Source of the DNA: Saccostrea echinata | Lineage: Eukaryota | DNA: 64,000 nt | Direction: 5' to 3' | Assembly (NCBI RefSeq): GCF_033153115.1 | Contig: NW_026889750.1 | Location: 27,280,001 to 27,344,000, forward strand | Notes under the pieces: model-generated | Told to the model about the DNA's origin: nothing | What the model saw: the letters and a program-made list of their open reading frames with translations, nothing else | Database searches by the model: none | Made by a program: the position numbers and the translations under genes | Shown: positions 1-13,410 of the stretch, one piece after another | How the letters are laid out: each line of letters starts with the position of its first letter | Numbering within the stretch: the stretch's first letter is position 1

Positions 1-250
1 AGCTGAATACAAATTTAAGAAAAGTAAAGTTATGGTCAAAGGGATGGTCAAGGCAAAAAAAAAAAAAAAAAAAAATACGATGCAGTATTAGTTGAATAGC
101 TCTCACAAATATGTATCATCATATGCAGTTTGATTAAAATATCTTGAAAAGTTTCTTTAAAACTGAGCTAAATACAAAGTGTGATGGTAGGACGGAAGAC
201 AGACATGACAAACACTATTCCCCGACCATGTTCATGGCAGGGCATAAAAA
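1..250 (+). mobile_element. 3' end of a Helentron-associated non-autonomous element (HINE-like)
   Basis: GGAC/AGAC microsatellite-like tract (190-204), then a 3' hairpin-like CCATG..CATGG and an A-rich end. Related sequence (gttgaatagctctc; catgacaaacacta) recurs at 43690-43960 and 45640-45750. Confidence 0.5.
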
Positions 251-655
251 TGGTTTAATGAAATTCAATTCTTAGATAAATGTTTAAGAGTTACATTTCC
301 CATTTGCAACCTGAGTACATTACTTTTCAAAATGATTTAAATATCATTTATCATTGGCTCTATGTTGACATACTGACTAGGACATTGCCTTTGTAAAACT
401 ATACACTTTCTTAAGACAACACATTGGTTTGCTTTACCTACTGTCAACATTTTTCTGAGTTACCCAAAGACCAAGCAAACAAAAACAAATCCATTCACAA
501 TACCAAAGCCAAAAACAAGTCAAAGACAAGGGCCAGTCATGAGAAATGAGTGGCAGTTAAATAATTAATGTCAGCTCAGTTGTCAATAAAGATCTAATTC
601 TACCATTTGATAGATTACACCAAATAAGCCTCAAATCAAGAAGAGTTCTACCTAC

Positions 656-1067
656 CCACAGACCATGGTTCCAGCTCTGCCTTGCCATACTTGATGATCT
701 TAAATCCCTCAAATCCAGCGCAGACATAGTTTTCTCCGTCCGCCAAGTCTTCGATTTCTGTAACCCTTCTTCCACTCACGGGTGTAAAAATCTGACGCAC
801 TCCATATGGAAGGTTCAAATTCGATGGCAATTTCCCTGTTAAGTCATTCAACAGATCGTTGAAATTGAAATACCGATGAGGAGTAATGTACAGTTTCTTG
901 CCCTTAAAGTACCTGTCGCCATTGACGAAAAATCTGACCTTCCTAGGCCGTCGTAGATCTCGATATCGTTCATCTGTTACATCTTTGTGAGTTTGGGAGG
1001 CGGATACATTTATATTGGGGTAGGGACGCCTAGACATTGTATCGGTCATTTGGACTGCACTTAACAT
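656..1067 (-). CDS. Doublecortin (DCX) domain-containing protein, first coding exon (DCDC2/RP1/DCLK-like); the gene continues beyond the window start
   Basis: Translation KVRFFVNGDRYFKG...FNDLLNDLT...LPYGVRQIFTP...LADGENYVCAGFEGFK is a canonical DCX domain. Acceptor ttttgcag at 1203-1210 (exon begins 1202), in-frame TGA at 1092-1094, first ATG at 1067, donor GTAGGT after 656. Confidence 0.9.
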
Positions 1068-1304
1068 TGGGGAGTCAAATCTCCCCACACCTCAAACAGA
1101 AAAAAATGATGGCCAATAACCTTGCAGGAGCTTTACTTTAGGAATATTCTGCCAGCATTTGGTGTTTATCTATGCTTTAATGGATCCATTTTCTTTATTA
1201 TCCTGCAAAAAAGAATAACACAATTAAGCATCAATATTGCAGAAAGACATATAAAGAATATATATTTCTTGAAGTATACAAATTATATGTACTGCTAACT
1301 TCTA

Positions 1305-1477
1305 CTGTAAACAGGGTTATTTTTGCCCTGTGTTATTTTCACCCTTTCACACTTGCAAGCAATTTTGTCCCATTTTATATTCACCCATTCAAAGTTCTGT
1401 TTGAGAAATAACACTGTCTTCTTTGAATTTGCCCTGTTTTAATTGTGTGATGAGAGTGAAAATTTCACTGTATACAG
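1305..1477. mobile_element. Tc1/mariner-type MITE
   Basis: TA|CTGTAAACAG ... CTGTATACAG|TA: terminal inverted repeats with TA flanks. Confidence 0.7.
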
Positions 1478-2976
1478 TATATTTACAATGTAATTTCAAA
1501 AGTATCCCAATTTTAAAAATATGTACAAATTTGTTATTTGTTATGAATTTTTTTAAGATGAATACAATGCAAAGAAAAAGAAGAATTGCATTAAAGACAT
1601 CATTTAGTTATAATATCATCAGTATAGAACACAGAGTCTACATTATCAAAACAAAACGAAGTCTGCGTTCATGGGTCAATACAATAACATGCAATCCACT
1701 TCTATATCCCCCCCCCCCCCCCCCAGTTGAACAGCAGCATTCAATTGATGCACATATCAAAACCAAAAACATTTGCATTTTTAAATGCATTGAAATTGTT
1801 AATTTAATTAGTATAGATATCTATATAGGCAGATACGAACCTACCAGAACATTATTAATTGTAATGCACCAGTCTACAGTGAAACCTGCACAGTCAATCA
1901 ATTGGTAAACTTGATGATTAAATGAAGACCAAAATTTTTAAAATTTAATGACAAGCATATTGATTTCAAACAGAAATTTTGGTTGGCCGCCATTTATTCC
2001 TAACTCATCAGAAACTAGTGAATGGATTAATTATAGGTAATAACCTGTTGACATATATTTCTTCAAATTTCAAAACATTTAAACAATTAATCCTATTTCC
2101 AAAAAGATTTGCAAAATATAAATATCTTGACAAATCTTTGTAACATTGCCAATAGTTAAAAATAGTCATTTGAATTTTAAAAGTTTAAGATTTATCATTC
2201 GAGTCGATATTCTAGGTTGCAACACTCAATTTACTAATTGCTTGGATCAAATTTTTTTTTTTTCAAAAACAGGATTTAAAATATGGTTTAAAATGATGTT
2301 TAGAATTTAACAGTTCTTTTTCAAGGCTTTGGAACTAAAGTAATGCTGAGCAATGGAATGTCTTAACAGTGCTATGGGATAATACAATGCTGTGCAATGA
2401 TCAAAGGCTTACATATGTCAAATAAATAATATACATATACCTATATATGTATATTTAATAACTGTTTGTCATTTACCCTTATATCTAATAATGACTTTTG
2501 GAATGACATACTTTATATTATGAATTGTAAAGCATACAAGGATTCTGTTAATTACTTTTAATTGTGATACTTAGGAGTATTTCCCTGCCATTTGTCTTTG
2601 TTAAGATACTTTTAAGGTAGATTGTCTTACATTCAAGGTTGTTCTGTTGGAACAAAGCCAAATATAAATCTTCACCCAAATGAATTAATAAAAATTATTC
2701 AAACAGTAAGAAATTACATATAGATATTAAGTTTAATGTAACCTTCAGCAATTTCTTTAGTCCTTTGACTGCTTAAGAAAATCTTTCACACAATTGCCAA
2801 TTTGTCTGATGAAAATGAAGCCAATAAATATCATACATATTGACCCTTAATGTATTAAATAGTTATCTCATTTTTTGTTGAATTAGTATCATTAAGATTG
2901 AATAAATCTGACAGAAATGTAGGATCCAGTTAAAGGAAATAAAAATTCAGATTACATATAAAATATACCATTGGAA

Positions 2977-3601
2977 AACTAGTCTAGAGGTACTGTTATG
3001 AGCAATGAGCTCACAAAATGATATCCCCAGCTCCTATAGGAGTATAATGGCAAAGTCCATGTTATGCAATAGGAAATCTCAAATATCTGTCTGATCGAAA
3101 AATAAAATAGAAAGTACACAATATCACTACGTAATATAAAGAGTCTGATATAAGTCTGATTAAATTTTATTCAGTAGTATAGGAGGAGTTGCGGATAAGT
3201 GATGGATACCTCCCATGTTATAGAAATAATGGTTACCGTAGTGGGTTTTGCTATGGCAAACTCCAAATATCTGTCCCACCGAAAATTAAAATATGACGTG
3301 CACAAGGGTAATAAAGATTCTGTGAAAGTCTGATTAAAGTTTATTCAGTGGTATAGAAGAAGGTGCGGATAAGAAATGGGTACCCAATTGTTATGGACAT
3401 ACGTAAGGACGGACATCACCATCAATATACACCTCCCCTTTTTCCACAGGAGTTCGCATACCTATCAATTTAACCGAAATTTTCAGTAAATAAAAAAAAT
3501 ATGTAATACCTATAATAATTTATAGGTATTACGCATATTTGTTATTTACTAAAACTTTTATAGGTATGCGAAATCCTGTGCTTTTTCAAGCGGGGGATAT
3601 A
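2977..3601 (+). mobile_element. HINE-like element with two ~175-bp internal repeats
   Basis: Starts AACTAG, has two related units (aagtctgattaaa.tttattcagt.gtatag..gcggataag), a GGAC tract and a 3' hairpin. A reverse-orientation copy of the family lies at 29460-29886. Confidence 0.7.
3445..3580. mobile_element. Palindromic MITE with a 7-bp target-site duplication (P-element-like termini)
   Basis: CACAGGA.TTCGCATACCTAT ... ATAGGTATGCGAA.TCCTGTG; CTTTTTC on both sides (3438-3444, 3581-3587). Confidence 0.8.
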
Positions 3602-6369
3602 CCGGTAATAATGTGGATTCTAAGAGCTGGGAGGGGGAGGTCAGGGGGCTGTTAAATATGAAGAAAAGTTACCTCTCAAAAAGTTTAAATTTATAAAGGG
3701 ATTCTGCAATGTTATAAAACTATTTATTCACCTATATAAGAAATTCAATGAAATCATTAATTTAATTTACATGATAAATCATTCCTTAGAATGAATGTGT
3801 ATATCAAACATCAAACCAAAGGTAAATGGTTGTTAAATTAAAATTTCTCTGGTAAAATTTCATAGAATTTATTAATGTCCCCCCAATATGTCACTTGCTT
3901 GATGATATGGTACAACACTTAAAAAATATAATATTTTCAAAAATTTCGAGAAAAGCAGGTGCTGAAAAGATGTGACAAAATGAGGATGAAGAAAGATTTG
4001 ACATGACATTTCCTATTGTCTTTTACAGCATTTATTTTTTAACCAAAACCTGTCACAACAAAGGTGTCAGCATTGTCAGTGGTTATCTTGTACCCCCGGA
4101 GCGATACACATTGATTTTCAATATCAAACTACAGGATAACGCACATTCCCCGGGATGATCCCAAAGATAAAGAGGGATCTCACGCCAAATATAAATCATT
4201 CCTTTATAAAATCTAGGCCTTAACTGTAAGCACACAATATGCTCATAAAACATCTGGGATTTTGCTCTATAATGTGCAGGTTTATTAATTATTCTCAACA
4301 CACCGTTATCTTGTCTTATAATTCCTAGCATGCATACAGTACAGGAAATGTGTTCATAGACTGCACATTTTGTTATTTATGGACTAAATAAATTCAGTTT
4401 TATTATTTGAGGAGGATTTACTATAAACAAGAACAAAAATAACTACTGTGATTTACTGTAAACTCCTGTGTTTCCTTTTTTTTTCAAGATAACATCAGAA
4501 TACCAAAACTACCTAAGATGAAAAAAAATTTGTGGGAAAAAAAACAGAACTCTCTGAAAACATGTTGCTCTTTTGGTTTTGAACTTATGATATGGTAGTC
4601 TGATTGTACAAATCATCACATTTTCATTATCAAACTAAAAACAAATGCTTCTGTCAAATCCTTAATTTAGTTGATTTGTTTTAAATTTGGGATAACTGAA
4701 TTATCAACTATAACTGATAAACTGATACACAGATGGATTTTTAATATGTAGACTTTTTCCCTAATTACATCTTTTCAGAATTTTGAACAATTAATTAAAC
4801 CAAGATCTACAAAGACATGCAAGCTATATACTGCATATCTTTTGCATCGATCCATTTAAATATATTACCCATCTTTGGAATTTTTTCCAAATATGTATGC
4901 AACAAAGAAACTTAAATTATTACAGTAAAACTTGTCTAATCCTGACACCACTGGTTCCATGGGTATTAGCAAGATATGAATTAAAACATTCCGAAATAAA
5001 GAACATTTTAAACAATGGAATTTACTTACAGGAACTAAAAGTCTTCATCATAAAAGGCAAGATTTCAGAATACAAACATTCTGATTTAACAAGTTTTACT
5101 GTATTAACAAAAAGTTGACTGAATAATTGAACACTCAGAGATTAAAACCACAAAACAATTAATGAATAATGCTTATTTTGACATCTCTACTTATTATAGT
5201 AGTAACATTGCTTTTTACACACAATGTCCATGCTTATAGTTAAATGAAAAAACAATTAGACTTTTTAAAGTAAAACTGAAATACAAATAGAGTGGGTTTT
5301 TTTTTCAAGACATGCTGAATTTAAATCTATAGAAATGTAGTCCAAAAGTATATTTTTACGAGCATGTAAATAAATATCCATTACACAAGAGGTATGTGTC
5401 GATACACAAAAACAAATTGCATGGATCAATCCTTTAACAGTAAATACATATATCTATAAAAGTGTACAGGTATTTGGGGGTGTTTGCTTCTCTTACAAGA
5501 CTGAACAAACATTCATTGCCAACATGTTTTATATCAGTATAAAGAATAAAGTGAAACGAAAAATCGTCATTTTGTATAAATTGAATTTGATTCAATGGTA
5601 AGATCAAGTCTAATATCAAAGGGAAGAAGATAACACACTGTAATAAAAACAGAAGACAGCACTCCCAAAGAAACGTCAGCAAACAGAATGTGATTGACTC
5701 CAGTGATGTACAAATATTCCGTTTTCAGGCTGATACCTATCTCCTTGTATTAAACCTCTTCAAAAAGGAAACTTCTTTCAATATGAGGAGATAACGGTTT
5801 TATACTTCACAATGTTGCTAGCTTACTCTCGACATTTGTCAACAGACATTCCAAATGATGTCGGAAATATCAAACACATTAAAGAGCAAGAATTAGTCCA
5901 GGAATACATATTACTGGCACTTAATTCTGATCACATATATACATAAAAAGGACATTAAAAAACTGTCTCTATTTATAGAAAAGGACTATTTTTGTCTCAC
6001 CAAATATATAGATATATATATAACCATTGCACCTAAAAGCCTTGTAAAATAATTTCATAAAAAGTCCAAGATCAAAAATCAACAAATATGCTGGTCATCA
6101 AACAGTAGTGTTTCATTCAACTCATTATACTCAGTTTCTCTATGTTAACTTTGTCTTTTATTTTGAAATGCCTCTGCTGGTGGACCCCAAGGGTCTCTAC
6201 AGCCCAGTAGCTAAGTACTTTGTTACATGTACTAGCTTGAAAATACGGATATATATATAATTGCTGTAGTAAAATTTAGAAATTTATTTCAAAATTAAGG
6301 ATTATCTCCCTCATGCATAGCTCTGATCCTTCGACATATTTTGGCTCTAGTCTTTGGCTCCCCCTTTTT

Positions 6370-7097
6370 CAGTCTATGCGAAAGTCACTGGACCGTCAGT
6401 TTTTACTTGTAAAATTTGGTTCGGGTCGGTAAAAAAAATTCAGGATACAGGACCGATTGTCCGATGAAAAAATAAGGCCTAAAAATCTGAATTTACATGT
6501 ACATATGGTTTTATTGTCCAAACTTATCCTTTATTTGATCCATTTAGCAGAAATACATGTTTAATTTTAATCTATAAGAATCCTGTCATGATCGTTTATT
6601 TCTAACTCGAATTTCCTCTGTCATGGAATATAGACCCATGTTCATACGTAGATTTGGTAGGGCGAAATTATTTTCATTATTAAACAAGAGTGACCGTAAT
6701 GAGTTACTTCAGGAAATAAATAAATATATTTTAAAGTGCATTTTAAGTTTTAAAAAAACTTTGACAATGTGTATTTCGTTTGTATGTGTGAAATAACCAG
6801 AAAAAGAGAAAATTGTATGGAATTGTATATTACCTTTTAGAAAGGAAAATTATTAATAGTGAGCTTGTTCATTTCAATAAAATAATTTTTTTTATAATCT
6901 CAAATCCGTATCTATTTGAGGTTCAATTTATAAGTGATAATTCCTCCCCCTCCTTTTTTCAATCTCTGTATCATAATGGAGTATGATTGAATTTAAAGAA
7001 AAAAGGTCAGTCTGGTATGTAGATGCTTGGTCTGGTAAAATATATATTTTTACCAGACCTTATGTCCTGTAAAAATTTTACACTTTTGCATAGACTG
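6370..7097. mobile_element. Non-autonomous DNA transposon (hAT-like CAG termini)
   Basis: TIRs CAGTCTATGCGAAAGT / ACTTTTGCATAGACTG; CTTTTT on both flanks. Confidence 0.75.
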
Positions 7098-7168
7098 CTT
7101 TTTCAGCTCTTCAAAGTTTTTTTTAAATTTAAATCTTTCAGATTTCCAACATTTTGGCTTGAGCATCA

Positions 7169-7209
7169 CTGAAAAGACATTATTTGTCAAAATGCGTATC
7201 TGGTGCATC
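7169..7209 (+). ncRNA. Degenerate minimal hammerhead ribozyme motif
   Basis: CTGAAAA-GACA(ttatt)TGTC-AAAA-TGCGT(atctg)GTGCA-TC matches the CUGANGA / stem II / GAAA / stem III / UH layout, with two core G>A substitutions. Confidence 0.5.
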
Positions 7210-7266
7210 AAAATTGGTACCGTACAAGATTTACATGCAACTGAACTGTTAGAAGGAGCTTCACTA

Positions 7267-7622
7267 AGTAATGGTTTGAGCCATGGATGTTGATCTGGAT
7301 GGCTCAGTTGGTGGAATGCCTGGCTGGTGGTGCAGGGGTCCCGGGTTTGATTCCCGGTTCAGCCATACATTTTCTCCTTTCCTGTTATATAATTTGGTGC
7401 CATAGACCATCCCTGGATTTGCAGATGAAAGTCCTGCCAGGGGGCAAAAAAGAACTTGAGTTGTGTGTTTGAGGGCAAAAACAATTTTAAGGAGGGAGGA
7501 ATGTAATGGTTTGGGCTGTTGATATCAGTCTGAGTAGCTCAGTTGGTGGAGCACCGGACTAGTGATGGGGGTCCCAGGTTCAATTCCTGGTTCAGCCATA
7601 CATTTTCTCCTTTCCTGTTACA
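7267..7622 (+). mobile_element. Miniature LTR retrotransposon (TRIM) with tRNA-derived LTRs (Ajax-like)
   Basis: Direct repeats 7267-7389 and 7502-7622 (TG...CA intact in the 3' copy), each with Pol III A and B boxes. PBS TGGTGCC at 7395-7401, polypurine tract AAGGAGGGAGGAA at 7489-7501, flanks ACTA/ACTG. Confidence 0.85.
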
Positions 7623-10600
7623 ACTGATTTCTTTTGCTTCTTGTGTACTTCAAAACAATGTAAGGACTTTATCCTTAATATTCTTTATGCATGTCCCCTT
7701 TTTTTTAGTGAGAAAATACATGTATCCCCTTACCAATCACTTCCAAGACAGTGAATGGTGAACTCCTTCCAATATGCAATGCAGTGGCCTTAAAGCTGAA
7801 TGGTGCATGGGTACCATCATGTTATAGACTTTGAATGTTATTTTTCACTGATTGGATAAAAACCATATGACAAGTGCCTTCTGATTTCTGAATTTTTGCA
7901 AATTAATTACAGTATTCTTTCCCTAACAAGATCATTTTTTTTTGCCCATTCCTTCAGATTCATTGATATTCCACTCAGATAGAAGCTTCCAATCAAATGT
8001 TCAATCACTCAGAAAGGGTACAAAATTAGCATAGGAACAGAGAAAAAAAGTAAAAGATTTGAACAATGGCAAGGAACTACCAGCATATCTAAAGGGATAT
8101 CTGACATCTCATGGAGTATGGCAAAATGAATGACCACAAACCAAATCTTTACAAAGTGACCTCTGACAAAATCTTTACAGAATGACTTCAGTCTAGTCAT
8201 TTTGGTGTTGTTTCCAATGTTGGCAATCAAATGACAAATGTTTACCTTCAATATAGGGCTGCCAAATCTACATGACAAAGCACTAAACAGCCAAGTATAC
8301 ACCATATAAACAGCGTCAAAGTAAACAATAAAGCCAACAATTATTGCCTTCATAAATGTATCCTAAGATAATTGTTCAATCACAACAATGCCATTTAAAT
8401 ATAATCTAGTGCAAAATTTTGTACGTCAAATACACAACATAGATAATGATGATGATGCGATCTCTGTTCTACATGGGAAGTTCATTAAGAGAGACAGAGT
8501 CTGACTCGGGGTAAGAAACAAACTGTTAAACGTGAAAACCAATAATGGAAACTCCTTTCTATAGTTTCAACAACAGGAAACTATCACTTGATATTTCAGG
8601 AAAATTCTGGTTTTGTAAATAAATGCCTTCACATGCATTCTAGTTCCACCCTTTTGGTCAGAAAATCACTTCTTCTACACTTTTCTTTGAGCTCCAGTCA
8701 AGATCTCAACTCTATTTTTTTTTTTAAATACCATAAATGAGCAATTAAAGAAGAGGCTCAGGAGATTCATAGTTGATCATTTTAGGTAATCACCAAAAAC
8801 TACAAGAATTTGTTTATTGTCAGGGCCAAGAGACTTGAGAAATTGTATGCATTTCTTCAGCCAATGAAAGGTATTTCTCTACTGATTTCTAATAATGAAG
8901 CTTTTTTTTTATATTGCAACTATGTCTAGCATCGGAAGAGAAATAATGTACAATCCATTTAAAATCAAAATCAATTTTGAAGATATAACTACATGCAAAA
9001 TATTCAATAAAACCATGCATCCTGAATCTTTGCCTCCATATATCAAACAGTGTATAAGTTTGTCCTAAGAAAATCCAGAAACTGTGGTGTCATTGCATAG
9101 TTTTACCTTAATTCATTTTAACAAAAGAACAAAAGGTGAACATATAGAAAACTAGGTAACTAGGAATGAAAACCTACCCTTAATCCAAAAGGTTAATCCA
9201 GTAAACTGTAACAGTTCTTATATTATCAATAGCTTGTCTCCTCTTGGTTAAAATCTTTCAATTTCATATACAGCATAATCATTACTATTTTCCACACAAT
9301 GAAGACTATTTTCCAGTTCTCCCTTCCTTTCTATGTAATCACTTTTCCACTGTTAATTACTAAAATAAATTGTGAAATGATTGTTTTAAGTTCACATGGT
9401 CGACAGGGTTTTATTGTAATTCCTATGATTGTTCAGGTTAAAGCGTTTCATGCCCAGTACAAAAATTAATCCTATTGTTAATCACATCAGCTTATAACAT
9501 TGATGAAGTTTGGTTCTTTAAACACATTTCAAATCTTCTGAATACACTAAAAACCGGCATGATTTATCCGTCGACATTTGGCAACACAGATAAATCCAAG
9601 GCAGGGTCGATAATAACCAAGAATTTTCAAAGTCCTTTACGAATGGCACAAAAATGATAAAACATATATTTTAAAGAACAATGTGCACTCTTCTGTGTAA
9701 TGAACACAAAAACAGATCAAGATCTACTAAGTTGTTTCCCTTGATAATGGCCATTTGCCAAAATCACTATCAAATATGTTGAAAGACTTAGGGTAGAATT
9801 ACCAAATTTTTGACAACAGATAAAAACTCTGCACATGCATGTTCAATCAATTCATTCAGAGATCTACATGTACATGTATTTCAGCCAATTTTAAACCTCA
9901 TTTAGAGGTGAAATGTTTCCTTTGCAGAGCGCTGGAAGGCAATTGAATGGTTAAACTTGAATCTTTCCTATCCGTAGACTTTTATGTCTTATATTGTGTA
10001 AATTAAGATTTAATGATAAAATGAGTTCTCTGAAAACTAGATGGCAATAATCCTATTTACCTATCTGTAGAAATTTAAAGGTACGGGGTTTTCTGACAAC
10101 AACCGATTCATTACTGATTACAGCTTTCAGTTAGTTATATAAAAGAAAAATTCACCTGTTAAAGATAGAGACTGTTATTCTGTCAGGAAAGTATAACACT
10201 GTTAGAGTACCACTTCAAATCCCTGAACTCAAAGATGTCCTATTTTCGACTCTAGAAACCAATGAAAAAACACTCTTTTGAAATTAATTCATAAAAGTTG
10301 CAGGTTGGCAATACCTATTGAGCCCATATCTCAATAAGTTCTTAATCAGATCAAAAGAGAAAAATAATTTAATTAATTATTTGTGCATCACATTTTGAAA
10401 TATTTGAATCGAATCTAAACTTAATTAACAAAATCAAAGGCAAAATCAAATTTTCTTCATAAATATCGTTTCTCCCAAGTCATGTCAGGGAAATGGAAAG
10501 TATTAATTTCAATTCATATAGCTCTCTTGCAATTTTTGCCTTGACCAAGCAATGTCAATATTGGCTAATCATTGATAATGGAAAAGCATGAGAGGTCATT

Positions 10601-10788
10601 AGACCTGGTTTTTGCTAACTAAGGAGTAAATGGAATTAAGCTTCCTTCATTTTGGCTCTGTATGATCTCTTTGATCCATTTAAATTACTGTAATATTGTT
10701 AATCAAGTATGAATTCTGTTAATAAAACTTAATTCAAACATGTTCCTCCACTACAAGATATAATTTGAAAGTGGTCCACAAAGCATAT

Positions 10789-10791
<3 letters not shown>

Positions 10792-10843
<52 letters not shown>
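10792..10843. repeat. (AG)n microsatellite
   Basis: Visible directly in the sequence. Confidence 0.95.
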
Positions 10844-10846
<3 letters not shown>

Positions 10847-11315
10847 ACTAAGTATATAATTACACTGAATCTGATTTATACTGGGTACTCAATCCATTGC
10901 CAGTACCCCTATAATTGGTTATTATATTCATGTATATCCCAAAATTATTTACTGTCTAAATTTGTAGAAAAAGTTGTTCTTTGGAACAAGTACAAACTAG
11001 CTGACTCACTTTAAAATAGCCCTGTCTCTAGATCAATCTATTGATTGTCAAGCTGTGTCCATTTCAAATTTAATATAATGACGTAAATTTAAAAGACTTA
11101 ATGCTTTTATACCTATAAGAAATTTCCTTCTGAGAGTCCGCATATTGAAATACAGCTTTATGTGAAATTGCAATGATCTTCAATTTTACTGAAAACTGGT
11201 TGTGCATGAGTATGTCCAATAAAGCATTAAAATATGAGCATATCCTTTTATCCCAATAAAAAATAAAATAAATAAATATTAGATATTTTATAAGCTTCAG
11301 TAAAAGTTCTATCAT

Positions 11316-11348
<33 letters not shown>

Positions 11349-12284
11349 TCACATGGGTTCAAATGATAGTTATAAACATTTCCAAATGAAATAAACAGCT
11401 TGGATTTTTTTCAGATTTTTTGTATGGCCAAAATTGCTCTTGTAAAGTGGTCCTGCTTACAGATGTTGATTCCCCCTTCTACTGTGTTAATATAGAACAG
11501 TTTGGTAGACAGATATATGCCTTAATTCACAATCATTTTATACATTGATTTGTTTATCTGCATAAAAGGTTTTAGGGTTTTATGACTAACATCAATATTT
11601 TATAGCAACCTATTTTGATACCTAAATATTCTGTCATTTTTAACAGCTAGCCATCATTTCCTTGCCACATACTTAGGCATTGTGATGATTCATGAGTTTG
11701 GAAACTTAACGACTTTTACTAATCCCTTTTTAGGGACCATGGTGGTGATTGTATGGATCGCGTTTAATGCATCAGAATCCCACCATTTACAATATACATA
11801 GCTAAGACTAGGATACGATCCTTATGTCATGGGTATCAGATTTAAAGCAAAAAGAATTCTCTTCACTCATCATAATAAAGATCTTGTGTACATCATTTCT
11901 GAAACTATAGAATTTAAAAAGTTTTCTTTTCAAGTTAATTTTTAAAAGTGATACATTTACCCAATATAACATTTGGACATGACCCTTATGGGATGTTTTC
12001 AGATCTTTGTCCTAAATTCATGTTTATTTACCAGAATCTATTTTTTTTTCCCTTTCACTGGCAGAGAATCAGGAGGTCCTGCTTGTCAATTAATTAACAT
12101 CCATATATGCATATGTATAGAAATGAAGTGTTAACATGTATTTTTCTTCATTTAATGTATATAATTTTGTAAATTAAATATTGAAAAAATACCGATCCAG
12201 GGAGCTCCTGGCACCCCAGGTGAGGTATATACAGAGGGCTTCTGCGGAAGTTTTGCCTCGATATTTTGTTGTATGTTATTGAAA

Positions 12285-12308
12285 ATAAATAAATAAATAA
12301 ATAAATAA

Positions 12309-12355
<47 letters not shown>
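12285..12355. repeat. (TAAA)n(TA)n compound microsatellite
   Basis: Visible directly in the sequence. Confidence 0.95.
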
Positions 12356-12359
<4 letters not shown>

Positions 12360-13410
12360 GAGTTCCAATTGCATGGTTATCTCGTGATTTTTTTATTATA
12401 CATCATGACCTCCTGATTCGCTGATAGAAGAAAGATTTGGTAAATAATCGTGAATTTAGGACAAACAAAACATTTTAACTGGGTAAAAAAAGACTTGTAA
12501 AACATAATCTACCTCTTGCATAAATTCCATTGGTAATGCTGTATATACATTGAAAATCTCCCTTGAAGATGGGACCCCTGTATGTTTCTTACCTTTAATT
12601 ATTTGTTTATATACTGTAGAAGGGCAATAAATCTCAAAAACTTGGCAAAAATGATATCAAATATCTGAATATAGGTTATGATAGGCTAGGCATTTATGTA
12701 TTTTTGACAAGTTTTCGTGCCTAAGGCTATTGAAAGTTAGGCATTGATGTTGAAAAATTTCTGAAAAAAATTTTCCCTGCTTAGTACTTACCTACCCAAT
12801 TTTTCCACTCTGAGTTGGAAGAGGGCAAGCAAACAACTGTTTTTTAAAGATGGCCTAATGTAAATTCTCAGAAGGGGGTGGGGGTGGGGGTGGGGGGTGG
12901 GGGGGTGACTACACCATCCAATTATCTCAGGTCCCCATGATGTCAGTGCAATAATTAATATTTACAGTAAATTAATATGCAATTAATATGCAAAATTTGG
13001 AAAACAGTAATAATAATAATATCTTCTTTCATTTGCTCAGTTAAAATTTTTGCATGTTATATTCATAGGTTAATGGTTAGTTAGTTATAGGTCTTTTTAC
13101 ATGTATATTGCACATGATCTAGTCTTCGTCATATTAGTCATAATAAACTGGTAAAAGAATTCTTCCTTGAACTTCTTATATATTAACTTCACTTCGAGTT
13201 GAAACAAAATAGGCACTTACGACAATATATTACTTTATGTTTGACAGTCATTTTACTGGTTAGGGAGCCGTTGTCAACAACGCGCACCTGCTAAGTCCTT
13301 ATTTACAAAGCTCGAAGGAAATGAATAAGAAAATAAATGACACTGGAATTGATTGTTAACCAGTTTGTGCTGTGTGTATTTGTATTGTTCTATAAATGTA
13401 AAACACTCAC

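Larger units (their letters stand above)
6171..7235 (+). mobile_element. 3' terminal (pLTR-like) segment of a Penelope-like element, split by a MITE
   Basis: Ends in a hammerhead-like motif (7169-7209), which is typical of Penelope-like termini. Interrupted at 6370-7097. Family assignment is from recall. Confidence 0.5.

Noticed and set aside
656-1067. Specific gene symbol (DCDC2, DCLK or RP1)
   Set aside because: A single DCX domain cannot distinguish these families, and the downstream exons lie outside the window.
1423-1908. 161-aa ORF
   Set aside because: Non-ATG start, overlaps a MITE and a poly-C run, no recognisable domain, antisense within an intron.
7295-7600. Two tRNA genes
   Set aside because: A and B boxes are present but acceptor and anticodon stems are imperfect, and both sit inside LTR-like direct repeats with a PBS and polypurine tract.
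8009-8353. 114-aa ORF
   Set aside because: No domain or convincing splice context; probably chance or decayed repeat.
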